From NCBI GenBank assembly GCA_964234715.1, contig OZ174287.1: a stretch of 64,000 bases of DNA. The stretch is one strand, 5' to 3'. The notes under the pieces are model-generated. The model saw nothing but the letters and a program-made list of their open reading frames with translations. It had not been told where the DNA came from and made no database searches. The DNA comes from Podarcis melisellensis (lineage: Eukaryota). Below, piece after piece: positions 1-13,376 of the stretch; position 1 is the stretch's first letter, and each line of letters begins with the position of its first letter. The translations under genes and the position numbers were made by a program.

Positions 1-580
1 TATTAAAAACAGCAACAGTGAAGAAGTTGGTGCCATAGAGCATAGCCAGAGTGCTTACACAGCCGGCTCTATCACAGTCAAGATCCAAGGCCAATGAAGC
101 ATTTACTAGTCTCAGTTCCAGCCCCAAGACCTTCTATATCTTGGAGATATTTCTCTTCTCCCCCCCCCCCCACCCTTTAAAAATGTGGGTCGCTTTCTTG
201 TCCCCCTTCCTTTCTGTATCCTGCTATTTGCTCTTTATCTTTTTTGGGGGTTGTGGTGGGGGTTGTTCTTTGAGCTCGTAAGCCTGTGGGCAGGACTTTC
301 TTGTTCTGTACAGCACTTAATTTATAGGTGCTTAATTAATAATGACTATCATTTAAAGTAAAGCACCGGGTCTAAGCAAGCCAGTTTTGCTTTCTCTCTG
401 GCTCGGCTCCAAGCCTGCCACCGGGTTATGGATTAAGTGCGGGGACGGCAAGTTGAGACGGGCTGTGCAGGGACTGCTGTGCCGAGAGAGGCATCTGTTG
501 ACCCAGCTGGGAGATGCGGAGTTCCGGTAGGGACAAGGTTCCTATTTATTCAGTGGCATCCTGCTGGCTCAGAGGTGGGG

Positions 581-581
<1 letters not shown>

Positions 582-643
<62 letters not shown>
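582..643. repeat. Compound (TG)n(GA)n microsatellite
   Basis: Directly visible. Confidence 0.95.
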
Positions 644-644
<1 letters not shown>

Positions 645-1050
645 AGGTCAGCAGGAGCCCCCCCCTCCAGTGGGGATGTCTGGGGTGTGTCTGACCGGGT
701 TTCCTGTGCAAAGGACTTAAGGAAAGCAAAGCCATGTGGATTCCAGGCTGCTGAGTGAGGTGGCCATTCCCCTTGGTGGAAGAAGGAAGGGAAGGTTCCC
801 TTAGAAGCTGCACCAGAAACAGATTAGCAGCTGAGCTTATTATTTGTTGGGAGGAAAGAGCGGAGGTCCAGTGGGCTGAAGCAGAGAATGTGGAGAATCC
901 TCCAAGACGAATGATTTCCACATAATGCACAATTTTACTTAACTTGCTGCATTTACGTATAGACTGCCCTTTCCCCAAGTGCATTGGATTGGGAACCCTT
1001 TTCGTCTCAGGGTTCCTGACCACAGGAAGCTTCCCAAGTGCATTTGTTTT

Positions 1051-1297
1051 GAGAGTTTGGATTTGAGTTTGGATTTGATATCCCGCCTTTCACTCCCTTT
1101 AAGGAGTCTCAAAGCGGCTAACATTCTCCTTTCCCTTCCTCCCCCACAACAAACACTCTGTTAGCAGAGTGGGGCTGAGAGACTTCAGAGAAGTGTGACT
1201 GGCCCAAGGTCACCCAGCAGCTGCATGTGGAGGAGCGGGGAATCGAACCTGGTTCCCCAGATTACGAGACTACTGCTCTTAACCACTACAACCACAC
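1051..1297 (-). mobile_element. tRNA/CORE SINE (Squam3-like, MIR/Ther1-derived)
   Basis: tRNA-like head (gtgtagtggttaagagc...ggttcgattccc on the minus strand) and MIR-like core ggcccaaggtcacccag. Four near-identical copies occur in the window. Confidence 0.85.
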
Positions 1298-2013
1298 TTT
1301 GCTGGTTGGTTGGTTTCTTTATCAAAACTATTTCTCTACAGCCCTTCTTGTAAACATCATAAGGCGATGTACAAAAATGCATTTAACTTACTTACAGAAG
1401 AAATAAAACAGTGTGGCCAACATGAGGTTGAAATAGACATATTAAGTTATTATGGCCAATAGTCTGTTATCAATGGACTCTGCTTCGAACCCCCCTTCAG
1501 CTCTTCATTGTAAACATGTGCAAATCTCAACTCCCACTGATGTCAGTGTCCCCCACCCAAATTTTGATGGCCCCTCCAGATTGGTGGGGTTTCCTGCTAC
1601 ACAATAATGATTCATTAGTGGTGGATTTAAACAAGACATTCCACACACCTTTCCACTTTATTGGTTGTTCTGCATTGTGTTACTGCACAATTGCCATCTG
1701 GAGGGGGCATCCTTAATGCTACAGTCAACAAAAGTGAGACCCTGCCCTCAAGAACATTCATGGTATGAAAAGTACCTTTGATAGAAAGGTACGGGACATG
1801 TACTGATTGGAAACAAAGCAGCATGACTTCCCCAAAACCTTTAGCAGGCATAAACGATACTGAAAGCAGCATTGCGTATAACTACCCTGATACCATCATG
1901 AGCACAAATAATCACAAATAAGAATTGGACATCTGTAGATCCTGAAACCCTTGCATTTTTCAGGCAAACACCTGCATGGAACTTTGGGGGCAATCATGCT
2001 AAAATGGATAAGT

Positions 2014-2278
2014 GAAGAAGAAGAAGAGTTTGGATTTGATATCCCGCCTTTCACTCCCTTTAAGGAGTCTCAAAGCGGCTAACAATCTCCTTTCCCTTCC
2101 TCCCCCACAACAAACACTCTGTGAGGTGAGTGGGGCTGAGAGACTTCAGAGAAGTGAGACTGGCCCAAGGTCACCCAGCAGCTGCATGTGGAGGAGCGGG
2201 GACTCGAACCCGGTTCCCCAGATTATGAGACTACCGCTCTTAACCGCTACACCACACTCTTAACCACTACACCACACC
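2014..2278 (-). mobile_element. Squam3-like SINE
   Basis: Same family, with a (CTT)n tail and a short head duplication. Confidence 0.85.
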
Positions 2279-3167
2279 AAGTGGTTGGTGCTAAATGAAT
2301 ACTTGATGTTTATTATTACTGTTGTTATTTTTAAGGTTCGCTCGGATGTATTCTCCCCCCCCCCCAAAAAAAAAGGGTGCTCAACTGAATTGGATCCAGC
2401 AGCTATGTCACGTGCACGACTGTGGATGGAACATAGCAGGATGAACATCTAGGAAAAGTGCCATATCCCCTATAGTGTGGGAAGTCGATTGCAGTTTTGC
2501 TTGCGGTGGGAGAGCAATGATTGATTAGCGCCAGGAGCACCCGTCTGGAAGCAGCTCTTGTCCACATTCCGCAGCGCACCATACTTGGCCTGCAGATGAG
2601 TGGCGTTTCGCAAAACCTCTTTGTTTTGCTCTCTTTGGCAGGAGAGGCTGTCCCAGCACCCCTCTCCTACCTGCCAGCAGCCACACTTAAGTATACAACC
2701 AAAATGCTCGTTCCATTTTTTTATTTTTTGAAATGTGTGTGTGTTGGGGAAAGGAGGGAAGGAAAGTCCTTCCTCTTCCTCACCCCACCTCCAGCGACAT
2801 GCCGCTGCGCATCAGAATCTTGTCAAATCCATACTTTGCCGGTGCTTGCTCTCTGCCAAGGAAGTTCTTAAATTATATAAAAGAGGCGATAAATTATTGA
2901 CACCTCTCTCTCCGTCACTTTAATGGATCCGCTTCCTCAAATGGGAGCTGTGATTTATTCAGTGTACAGGGCTGGAGGAGGGGGAGGGTGTTCAAAGCGA
3001 GCCTCTACTACATGCTGGGCTTTGCTGAACATTGAAAATGGCTCATCCCAACCCCCATCCTGGGAGCACAGCTCCCATCCAAATGGTTTGTGTACCTGAT
3101 AGACAGTGGAGGCCTCCCCCTGGTAATTTGGGCAGGGGGCTGTGCTAAGGGCAGGTTAAAGCATTCA

Positions 3168-3533
3168 GTAAAGGTAAAGGTAAAGGTACCCCTGCCCGTA
3201 CGGGCCAGTCTTGCCAGACTCTGGGGTTGTGCGCCCATCTCACTCAAGAGGCCAGGGGCCAGCGCTGTCCGGAGACACTTCCGGGTCACGTGGCCAGCGT
3301 GACAAAGCAGCATCTGGCGAGCCAGAGCTGCACACGGAAACGCCGTTTACCTTCCCGCTGGTAAGCGGTCCCTATTTATCTACTTGCACCCGGGGGTGCT
3401 TTCGAACTGCTAGGTTGGCAGGCGCTGGGACCGAGCAGCGGGAGCGCACCCTGCAGCAGGGATTCGAACCGCCGACCTTTCGATCGGCAAGTCCTAGGCG
3501 CTGAGGCTTTAACCCACAGCGCCACCTGCGTCC
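3168..3533 (-). mobile_element. Sauria SINE (Squam1/POM-like), full length
   Basis: tRNA-like head with ggttcgaatcc B box, (ACCTTT)n tail, and a 13-bp TSD aaagcattcagta at 3158-3170 and 3535-3547. Confidence 0.92.
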
Positions 3534-3875
3534 AAAAGCATTCAGTAGGGGGTGGGCAAAACTCTCTTGTCCCGTTTTCTCCTTGGAGAACCCCCTGATG
3601 ATGCTTCCAAATGAAGAACCCCGGTGTTCTCTAGGACACAGCTGGAAAACTATCGTTTTGGGATGTGAGGATGCAAACCGATATTTTCAACCCCAAAGGC
3701 CTGTGAGTTTTGGAGTCGACTCTTAAGGTTTCAACAAGGATCTTTCCCAGCCCCCTTACCTGACAGACACTTGAAGTAGCTGGAGGTATGTTGTGTTGAA
3801 ATGGCAACCTTGGTTGTTCAGAGGGTGCCTTGTGCTACTTTTATATTTCTCTGCAGGTGTGTTCCCAAGCTTGTA

Positions 3876-4090
3876 CAGTGGTACCTCAGGTTAAGAACTT
3901 AATTCATTCTGGAGGTCCGTTCTTAACCTGAAACCGTTCTTAACCTGAGGTACCGCTTTAGCTAATGGGGCCTCCCGCTGTCGCCATGCGATTTCTGTTC
4001 TCATCCTGAGGTAAAGTTCTTAACCTGAGGTACTATTTCTGTGTTAGTGGAGTCTGTAACCTGAAGCGTCTGTAACCCAAGGTACCACTG
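3876..4090. mobile_element. Tc1/mariner (Tigger-like) MITE, family A
   Basis: TA TSDs. TIR CAGTGGTACC/GGTACCACTG. Confidence 0.85.
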
Positions 4091-6658
4091 TATTTGCTTT
4101 GGTAACATTTGCAGGGGAGAATCGATGGGTGAGAAGGGAAGGTGCTTTATTTTTCCTGCGTCTTATCAATCATTATTTGCACATGCCCCCCCCCCCCAGA
4201 TATCAATTTCTTAACTGCTTAATTTCAGAGCTATTGCTGGCATGTGGGGTGCATTTGCAGGGGAGAGCCAGCAGACAAGGGGAGGATTATTTTCCCCCTT
4301 GATTTTGTGTGGTTTATATCCTGCCCTTTGGTGACATCTTGCCTCTTCACATGCCTATTTCTCCCTCACATTTTGAATCTTTGGGGTGGTCTTTGAGGGT
4401 CATTTTCACATGTTAGCATTAAGAACATCAGGTTACCACCCAACAGTTGCTAAGTAGAGGCGTGGCTGAGCCTTGGACCATGTGAAACAATGACTAAGAG
4501 GAGAAGAGGAAGAGCTCTTTATTGAAAAACCGCAGCCACCTCCCATAACTTTTCACAGTATCCCTTATGTTAAAAAGGAATCAGTGGCTGAATGGCCAGC
4601 AGTCATAGGAAAACCTGTCGTCTCACACGTGTGAATCCTGGGTATTAGGAATCCTGGGTATTGTAGTAGGGCTCTAATTGAAAGATTAATCCACAAAGGC
4701 TTCTGTTGACTGATTGGTAGGGGGCCAGTTTTGATCTATGAAAGCAAATTTTAATGGGGCTGTGTATAAAGGGCACCCTTTGGATGCTGTTTTGGGTCTG
4801 CTGTGTGCCTGTAATAGGGAAGGGAGAAATATTAAAGGCAGCTCTCCCTTGTGTAACAGTGGGTGGCCACTTCTGTTGAATCGCAAGCTCTCCCACACTC
4901 CCTTCAGTATCTTACAAAGGAACCTCCATTGATGCTTTTTTTTTGGTCCTATGCAACTGCACTTAATTAATGGATCTAATCGATTCATTTATAAAGTGGC
5001 ACATTATTAATCAGCTAATGTAATTCCTTGTCATCGGTTGACAGCCTCTTCTCTGACATTTCAGAAAACTTTCGGCATGCCCTTAGAGAAGCAGATTTGT
5101 TTCTCCCAGCCGCAATTGTATCGTGAGCTCCTATTTTCCTCTGCCAAACGTTGAAGTGTGTGCAAATACAACACTTGAGGAGCACTGGCAGAGCGGAGGC
5201 CTCGAGCCTTTGAGGAAAGAAAGCGTCGCGACCCTGTTGAACGCCTTGGGAAAACAGTCCTAAAAACCAACAAGTATAGGCTAAGTCTACAAGCGAGAGC
5301 GTTGCCCTGTAAAAACACTTCATTGCCTTGATTTTTTTTCCTATTTTTTTTTTTAAAGCTCCTCCCATCTCCCACCAATTTTTATATTTCATTCCTCACT
5401 GTGAGGTGGTGGCCAAACAACTGTGGGGAAGAATCCCTGTTGACTCACTTTGTCAAACAAAGGTGTGCTCTATAAACACAAAGGTAAAATGCCCTATTTG
5501 AGGCCTCCTGGGATCCTTTGTGGAGAGTGTGTGAGAGGTGGGGGGGGAGGAGAGTCACCTCCTCCCTGGTTTCGGCCTGAGCTTTGCCCTCCTGAAATCA
5601 AGGGAAGTAGAGACTTGGGAGCACGGGGTGGACATCTGACTTCAGAGCAGGTATGCAAGAAAACAAAAGGCAGAGCTGGGAAACTCTATTTCTGTTATTC
5701 CCTAACATACAGCATTTCTCATTTAAGCTCCTGGAAGAACAAATGCCTTTAGAAACTTAGGAACCTACCGAGTCAGGTGATTTCAGGCAGGCAACTTTTC
5801 CAGCCCTGTCTTTTGCAAGGAAAGCGTGTTCTGTACGTCTGGGTTAAAACACTTCTTCTAAGCTAACATTTTCACCTGGGGATGCTTGGTACCAGTGCTG
5901 TAACTAGTCGTTTCTAGGGCAGGTCCACATCACAACGTTAAAGCACATCCAACACACCTTGACTTCCCTTCTCTCTCTCCGCCCCAGCCCCGAAATCTGG
6001 GAGCTCAAGTTTCCTCCTAACAGAGCTACAATTCACAGTAACCTGAACAAATTATAGTTCCCAGGATTCTTTGGGAGAAGTCATGTGCTTTAAAGGTGCA
6101 TTGCATGTCGTGGCACCTGGACTAGAAGAATAGATTTGCCCAGTGCTCTTGAGCAGGAACAAAAACTTGCCAGCCCTTGCTGTCCAGTGTTAGTGTAATT
6201 TCTTTCCCCATACCAGAGTTATTCAGTGGTGGAATGCAATAAACTAGGTAAGGCTGCTGACCTAGGGCCAGTGAGGAGCTATATGACAGGGCCACTCTGG
6301 TCTGGTTTGCCAATAACACTTAAGTCTTGGTTTGTTTAACAAAACACAGGTGAACCCGGACGTGCAAACAAATGGTGGCTTGCTTCCCCAAAGTTTAATT
6401 TGTTTTCCATCTTCTCTTGCCTCCTGCCTTTGCAGTTTGATGAGCATCTGGGGTGGGGTGGCCAAGCAAACCGTAGCTAAGGAAGGGTGCTGGGTTCATA
6501 AGTAACACCAAGCCATAGGCTCATAAGCCGAGGTTCATAAACCAACAGCAAACCATGGCCTCATACTGTGGTTTGTTGACAGCAAGCAAGCCATAGTTAC
6601 GTGCAAACCTTTCCCAACAGCTTGATGTTAAGCCATGGTTTTCGTCTACCACCTAGGA

Positions 6659-6794
6659 CAGTGTTTCCCAACCTTTGGTCTCCAGCTGTTTTTGGACTAC
6701 AACTCCCATCATCCCTAGCTAACAAGACCAGTGGTCAGGGATGATGGGAATTGTAGCCCAAAAACAGCTGGAGACCAAAGGTTGGGAAACACTG
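6659..6794. mobile_element. 136-bp palindromic hAT (Charlie/Buster-type) MITE
   Basis: Long TIRs CAGTGTTTCCCAACCTTTGGTCTCCAG. Perfect 8-bp TSD acctagga. Confidence 0.9.
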
Positions 6795-6892
6795 ACCTAG
6801 GACACATGCTTATTCCCGTGGTGAAAAAGAAAGGATTATACAGTTCACTAGTTTACTCATACGATTTATTTATTCTATTTATATCCTGCCTT

Positions 6893-7032
6893 TCTCAGTT
6901 GGTAGAGCATGAGGCGCCTTAATCTCAGGGTTGTGGGTTTGAGCCCCACATCAGGCAAAAAGATTCCTGCATTGCAAGGGGTTGGACTAGATGACCCTCA
7001 TGGTCCCTTCCAACTCTGCAATTCTGTGATTC
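6893..7032 (+). mobile_element. tRNA-Lys-headed SINE with CR1-type 3' tail
   Basis: Head resembles tRNA-Lys(CTT) (ctcagttggtagagcatgag...ttaatctcagggttgtgggtt). Tail ggttggactagatgacc...cccttccaactctgcaattctgtgattc is shared with the CR1 end at about 46020-46096. Confidence 0.75.
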
Positions 7033-10000
7033 CTTCAAGGAGCTTAGAAGTGCCATGCATAATTCTCCCCAATGAGCTTCATGGATAAGTGGGCATATGA
7101 GCCCAGGTCTCCCCAGTCCTAGTCCGACACTCTTGGCAATTACAGAATGCTCTCGGTATATTACACGTTTTGCAGCCCTGCCTAGATTGTACCTGGGGCA
7201 GGTGCCCTTAAAGTCTCCCCTTCACCGCATTATTGCTCATTCTCAGTCAGTGGATTTTGCTTCATGACAACAAGGATCTATGACATCTTTTATTCGTCAG
7301 GCTTTTTAGTGTCCCCACACCCCATATAAAAGCACATTGAAAACGAAGCTGTTAAAAAAGCAATAATCAGCCGCTAAGGTTTACCCGTGGCCAACGAAAG
7401 CTGATTCAAGCAAGGAAAGATTTTAAAGGTTTCCAGAGGGGCAACTGCGATTTTATCTTGCAGCAAAAGCAAACCAAGAGCTTCAGGGGCCTGCAAAATG
7501 TATAATGGCATAAGCTTTCATCATATGAGGTGTGCCTGAATCCATGACATTATACAAATGGTGGTCTTTAAGGTGCCACAAGACTCTGATTGTTCTTAAA
7601 AGGGGTTTGGGAGTCAGTGTTTCTCCATAGGGTGACCAGGTTACAGAGTTGTAGGGCAGGGGTGGGGGTGATTGAGGGTCTCTTTCCGTATGCCCTTTTT
7701 GTACGAATATGCTGTGAAAATGTATTAATTCAGAGGATGTTCTCAGCAGATCTGAGAGGCACATATTGAGTTAGGAAATGCCTTCATATTATTGCCTTGA
7801 CTTCTCTTCAACGTGCCACCATCAAAGTTGAAGCTTGCATAGAACTCGGCTCATTTTCTTGTTCACTTCTGTTTATTGCACAAGGAGGAATCCAGGTGAG
7901 CTGGTTTTAATCTTGGAGGGCTGTTGTGATGTGACTTTAAAACAACCCCAAAAACTTTATTGCAAGTATAACAGAAGGAAAAAAGAAAGAAGCAACGTTA
8001 GCTCACATAAACAGTAAAGAAAAATCCATCAATCCTAATTTGAACATGTATATTAATATAGGCAGTCGGTATGTCCAAATGGATATCCAAACGAGATTGA
8101 TTACAATATATTTGTAGAAAGGGCAGTAATGGATGGGGTTGCTTATCCTTCCACCCTTGCAATACAAGTCTTTCTGCACACATAAGGGCTCTCAGGATTA
8201 ACTTTAGTTGTTTGCCCCCACATTAGAGGAATATAATTTAAATGTTTGTGAACATCAGCAAACACCAAGGATTTTTCCATAGCAAAAATAACATGAACAG
8301 CAGTTTCTGACTCAGAAGAAGACACTTCAGGTCCTCCCTACATCATATGCCTCAAAGAGGCACGATTACCATTACACCATCAGCATCTGTCTGAACCAGC
8401 CAGTTTCTTCCTGTGAGTCCCCAGAATTTAGGGTTCCTCCACACTTCTGCTTGTGCCGTGGCCGAGAAAGTATGTGTCTGAGTAGTTTTCTGCTTGATCC
8501 ACACTTTCTAAGCATGGATCCATGCAGTTTTCCCCTCGCCCCCACTGCTTTCCGAGGGAGGACCCACTCTTTAGCAACAGATCGGAACAAACGCCAATCC
8601 AGGGGAAAAACCCGAATTGCTGTTTGCTCCAATTGAGCACTAAAGCTGGGAGAAGAGGGAGTGTGTGTGAAGGATTTTGCTTTAAAAAAGAGGCTCTTGA
8701 CTGGCAAGTGTGTAGGCATTTGTGTTTTCTATCTACGCAGTTGACACTTTGCTCAGTCTGTTATAGCAAGGCATGCAGGTAAATATTGAGATGCACAGGC
8801 TGGGTTTTGATTGGGGGTGCGAGTATTGGCGGTTGAGAAGGAAAGGGACATGGTGCTTGCGCTCATGGTTTGTATTTGCTTAGAGGAAAGGGGATGGTTG
8901 AGTCTCCATTGACCCCACTTGACATCCATTGCTCCCCAACTTAAATATCTAGCTTCCGTAAACTTGTCAGTCTTTTAAGGTGCCACCATTTTTGTTACAA
9001 GCTAGTTGTACCACTGCCCCTCTGGAACGCTTTGTCCAGATTTGGGGTGTGTAAAAGAAGATGCGCTTTGTGGATTTGCTTGTGGGGGGGCACCCTTGTG
9101 TAGGAAATTTCCTTGATTGTGCCAACTTGAGTCAGCTCTATGTGTGTGTGTGTTAGTCTGTGGATATCAAGCTGGAGAGAGGGATTTTTTTATGTCCTAT
9201 ATTTTTATTTATCCATGTGGGCGTTATTATTTATTAAATTTGTTTACCACCCTTTGCCCATCGATGTCGGGGCAGTTCACAACATAAAACACAGAATACA
9301 TTCAAAAAATAAAAACAAAGACAACTCAATAAACCCCCCCTTTCCACACTACATTTTAAAAGGGCATCAGGTTGTAGATTTGTGGAGTATGCATGCGCAT
9401 GCACACATATGTATTGGATGGTTGTGCATCGTTCCAAGTCAGTTTTCCCCAAAATGTATCAGCAGATGGATCAGAGAAACACACCATAAAACAAACTTTA
9501 TATGCAAGAGAACCTACAGTTATCAAAAAATTACATTCCACAGTGCTGGTAACAGAGTAGGCATGTTATTTTGTTAATGTTTTGTGGAATATGTGTTTTT
9601 CTGTGACATGCTTACCTGTCTGGTGGGGCTAAGGCGGCAGTCCTAAGCACAGATGGTAGGAAATCAGGTACCTTGAGCTCTGGAGTGTTGACTCCCAAAT
9701 ACTCAGAAGAACATAGGAAGCTGCCTTATACAGTGGTACCTCTGGTTGCGAACGGGATCTGTTCCAGAGAACAGATGCTGGTAATGGCTCTTCCCCAAAT
9801 CATGCTTAGCATTAGGCTGTAAATATAAATTGGGTTAGGATATGGCATACTGTAACATGAGACAGATTACATAATGTCCACACTGTGTACAGTATATGAA
9901 ATAGGCAGGTGTGTGTCAATAAGGCACATGATCCTGAATGTTGGATATGTTTGTAGTGTGCACATGTAATAGAGGAGTCATCTGCCTTTTTTGTGTCCAA

Positions 10001-11016
10001 CTATATACACTTACTTCTAGTCTTCATTTGAGATTAAAGCCGCCATTTAAGCCAAGGACCATAAAAAGCCTGAAATTCAAAACTCGCTCCAGTTCTGACC
10101 AATTCCCCTTAAACAAATGTTTTAGATATTTACTTATTGTTGGATAATCTGACAATGACCAATGTTTCACCAGCCCCTATTCTAATGAAGTATTTTACTG
10201 TTTTTCCAATATTTTGTAATTGGGGATTTAGAGAGTGGAAGAGAAAATTAAGTCTCAAACGTGATACATTATGTTTTTTTCTGAGAGCAGATAAAAAACT
10301 AGTATTACCCAACAAACCAATAGAATATGTTGGGAACATTAACAGGCTTTTGAACACCATTGGCAAAACTCATGCCTCGCAAATGGAAGGTGTCGGGTTT
10401 ATTCCCTGGCATCTCCCTGAAAGAATCAGGAAGGAGGAAAGAGACAGTGCTGGGTTAGAGAGACAACTAGTCTGACCTGGAACAAAGCACACAGGTGTTA
10501 GATTTTCTGAGGGGTGTTTTAATGGAGATATCTTAGTACATTCTTGTGATAAACTGTCTTGAGCTTGGTCTCAAAAGGTGGGGAATTAAAATATTTAAGA
10601 GTACAACCACTGTGAAATTATCATGTGGGAGTCCTGTTGAAATTTAAGAAGGGATGCATTAGAGAAGGTTTTGCTGGAATGTGACATAAGTAAAAACGAT
10701 GGGCTTCACTCCGTACATCACAGGCACCATCCCAGTGCAAGGAAGGGATAGCTCAGAGGTGGCCACAGCAAAGCCTAATTTTTCCCTCCTTGGTATATGC
10801 ATGTGGGCAGTCAGCATGCCAGGTCAATTCTGGAAAGGGAGCACTTTCTGCTCCATCAAGAAACATGAGCTCCGACATGGGAGGTGTGCCCAAGCCTCTC
10901 ATTCCCACGCAATCTTTGTTTGCACAGTGGGTGGAAGAGCAAAACACAGCTCTGGTATGCTCTCTGGACTCTTCCATGTGCAAGTACTGTGCTCCTTGTG
11001 GACTAGATCACTAAAC

Positions 11017-11164
11017 CAGGTAGAGGGCCTTCTCGGTAGTGGTACCCGCCCTGTGGAACACCCTCACATCAGATGTCAAACTGGTAAATAACTATATGAC
11101 CTTTAGAAGGCAGCCCTGTACAGGGAAGTTTTTAATGGTTGATGTTTTATTGGGTATTATTATT

Positions 11165-11213
<49 letters not shown>

Positions 11214-11707
11214 GTTTGTTTGTTTGTTTGTTTGTTTGTAGCCCACCCATCTTACTGGGTTGCCTCAGCCACTCTAGGCGGCTTCCAACATATATAAAAT
11301 AAAACATTAATATATATAATAAAACATTAAACCAGGCATCCCCAAACTTGGCCCTCCAGCTGTTTTGGGACTACAACTCCCATCATCCCTGACCACTGGT
11401 CCTGTTAGCTAGGGATGATGGGAGTTGCAGTCCTAAAACAGCTGGAGGGCTGAGTTTGAGGATGCGTGCATTAAACCTTCAAAAGCTTCCCTATACAGGG
11501 CTGCCTCTAGATATCTTCTAAAGGTTATATAGTTACTCATCTACTTGACATCTGATGGGAGGGCGTTCCACAGAGTGGGCACCACTACCAAGAAGGCCCT
11601 CTGCCTGGTTCCCTGTATTTTGTTGGGAGCTGCCCAGAGTGGCTGGGGCATCCCAGTCAGATGGGGTAGCATATAAATAATAAAATCATCATCATCATTA
11701 TCATTAA
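11017..11707. mobile_element. Nested L2 3' ends: a plus copy (11017-11152 and 11614-11707) containing a minus copy (about 11155-11613), which contains a MITE
   Basis: Both copies align to the 3' 230 nt of the L2 at 30755-31402. The (GTT)n/(GTTT)n tract at 11167-11239 is the inner copy's tail. Confidence 0.8.
11333..11468. mobile_element. 136-bp hAT MITE
   Basis: Same core. 8-bp TSD cattaaac. Confidence 0.9.
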
Positions 11708-11808
11708 TATTACTGCGTCAGATTCATTCTGTTAAAAATCTTGCAGAATCCTACCACTCTCCTATAGCACATGAAACCAAATGCAACTTTTCTTCAAAAA
11801 GAATTGTA

Positions 11809-12052
11809 CAGTCATACCTCGGGTTACAGACGCTTCAGGTTGTGTTTTTTCGGGTTGCGGACCGCCAAAACCCGGAAGTACCGGAACGGGTTATTTCTGG
11901 GTTTCGGCGGTCACGCATGCGCAGAAGCACTAAATCGCGCTTTGCACATGCACAGATGCACCGAATTGCAACCTGCGAGTGTGCAGACGCACCGCTGCAG
12001 GTTGCGAACATGCATCCCGCACGGATCACGTTCGCAACCCGAGTGTCCACTG
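11809..12052. mobile_element. Tigger-like MITE family B (CpG-rich, asymmetric TIRs)
   Basis: TA TSDs. Ends CAGTCATACCTCGGGTT and AACCCGAGTGTCCACTG. Confidence 0.85.
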
Positions 12053-13376
12053 TACTGGATATTTCTGTAGTGAAAGTGCGTTGTAATATTATTTTGCGTG
12101 TGTATGCATATGCTGGAGCAGATTGGGGTGTGTGTTTGTTCTCTTTTTCTGTGAGGTGTGTGCTACAAAGCCATATGCGTATGTGGTTCAGATCTGTACC
12201 AGAGTATGGGTGAGACTAGTCGTTCCTGCATTATCGGGCCTTTCTGGCCCAGGGAGATAATAGGTCCTGCCAGATCCGCACCCCCCCCACACACTCCCCT
12301 TGACTCCTCTGCCACGACCCACCCCCCTCCTCTGGCGTGTCCATTGTCGAGTGCCATGGCCCTCTCTGGCCCCACAATGGCTGCCTTTGTGCGGCTGGTA
12401 GCTTGCCTCTTTTGTCAAGTGCCCTTTTTAATGCCTCGCTTCCCCTCCTCTTGGCCTCCAGGCAGCTCTGCTGATTACCTCCACCTCCCTCATCACAGTC
12501 TAGTCCCGGCTGTTTTCCAGGGGGCAAGTCAGGGGAGATCACGTCCCCACCGTCCGTCCGTCTGGGGAGAGGGAGGAATGTCCCTCCATTACGTTCCAGA
12601 GTTGTCCTCCTTTACACAGTGCATAATTAACTGGCAGAATGATGTGGTGTCCACTGGCTTAAAGTGGCTTTTTCCGAGAGGATTAGAGAGCGAGAGACAT
12701 TCATGGAGGGTACAGATCTATCACGGGCTGTTGCAGTCAGGGTTCTGCTCCGGCAGAAACTTCTCCTTCCCTACGTTTTGTGTCTTGGCCTGGTTTACAA
12801 ATACAAACTCTGCATTGAGGAAATGGGAAAAGCAGCTGCAGCTAAACTGCAGTTCTTCGTTTCCCGGAAGACCTATAATATAGTCAGGACGGATCCAGGA
12901 AGCTGTGTGTTGTCTCCTTTGAATGCTGGTTCAGCTGGATTTTTGAAACCACAGCTGATGGGGAGCGGATCTTTTTACGCTTCCAATGGAGGGTGGACCA
13001 GGTGAAAATGGAGTAGGAGTCCTGCACCTTTTGCGGTTGTGTCAGCCCATTGTCCTGCCCCCAAACTCACCTCTAAGGCACGTTTATTTTGTGAGGGGTG
13101 GGTGGGGAGAGCATTGTCTCTATCTGTTGGCACATTCTGGAAGCCCAGCCTAAGTTTTTACAGTGGTGCGGAATATCTAAGCTTTTAGAAAATTCAAAAG
13201 CCATTTTGGACTGTGTTCTCCCAAGGGAGTTGTGGGCACTGCTTAATTTAGAGCAGAGCTGCTCTAAAAGGAAGTCCTGGCCCTTAACTCTTTAAGGAGA
13301 TGGGATCAGACTTCAGAGGTGAGGAGAGGGCATTTCATACACGCACAGAAGCACTCTTTTATTAGCTCGTACCTAA

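Noticed and set aside
12158-12883. 241-aa ORF on the plus strand
   Set aside because: Starts at a non-ATG codon, has no recognisable domain, is low-complexity in part and lies in an intron. Treated as a chance ORF.
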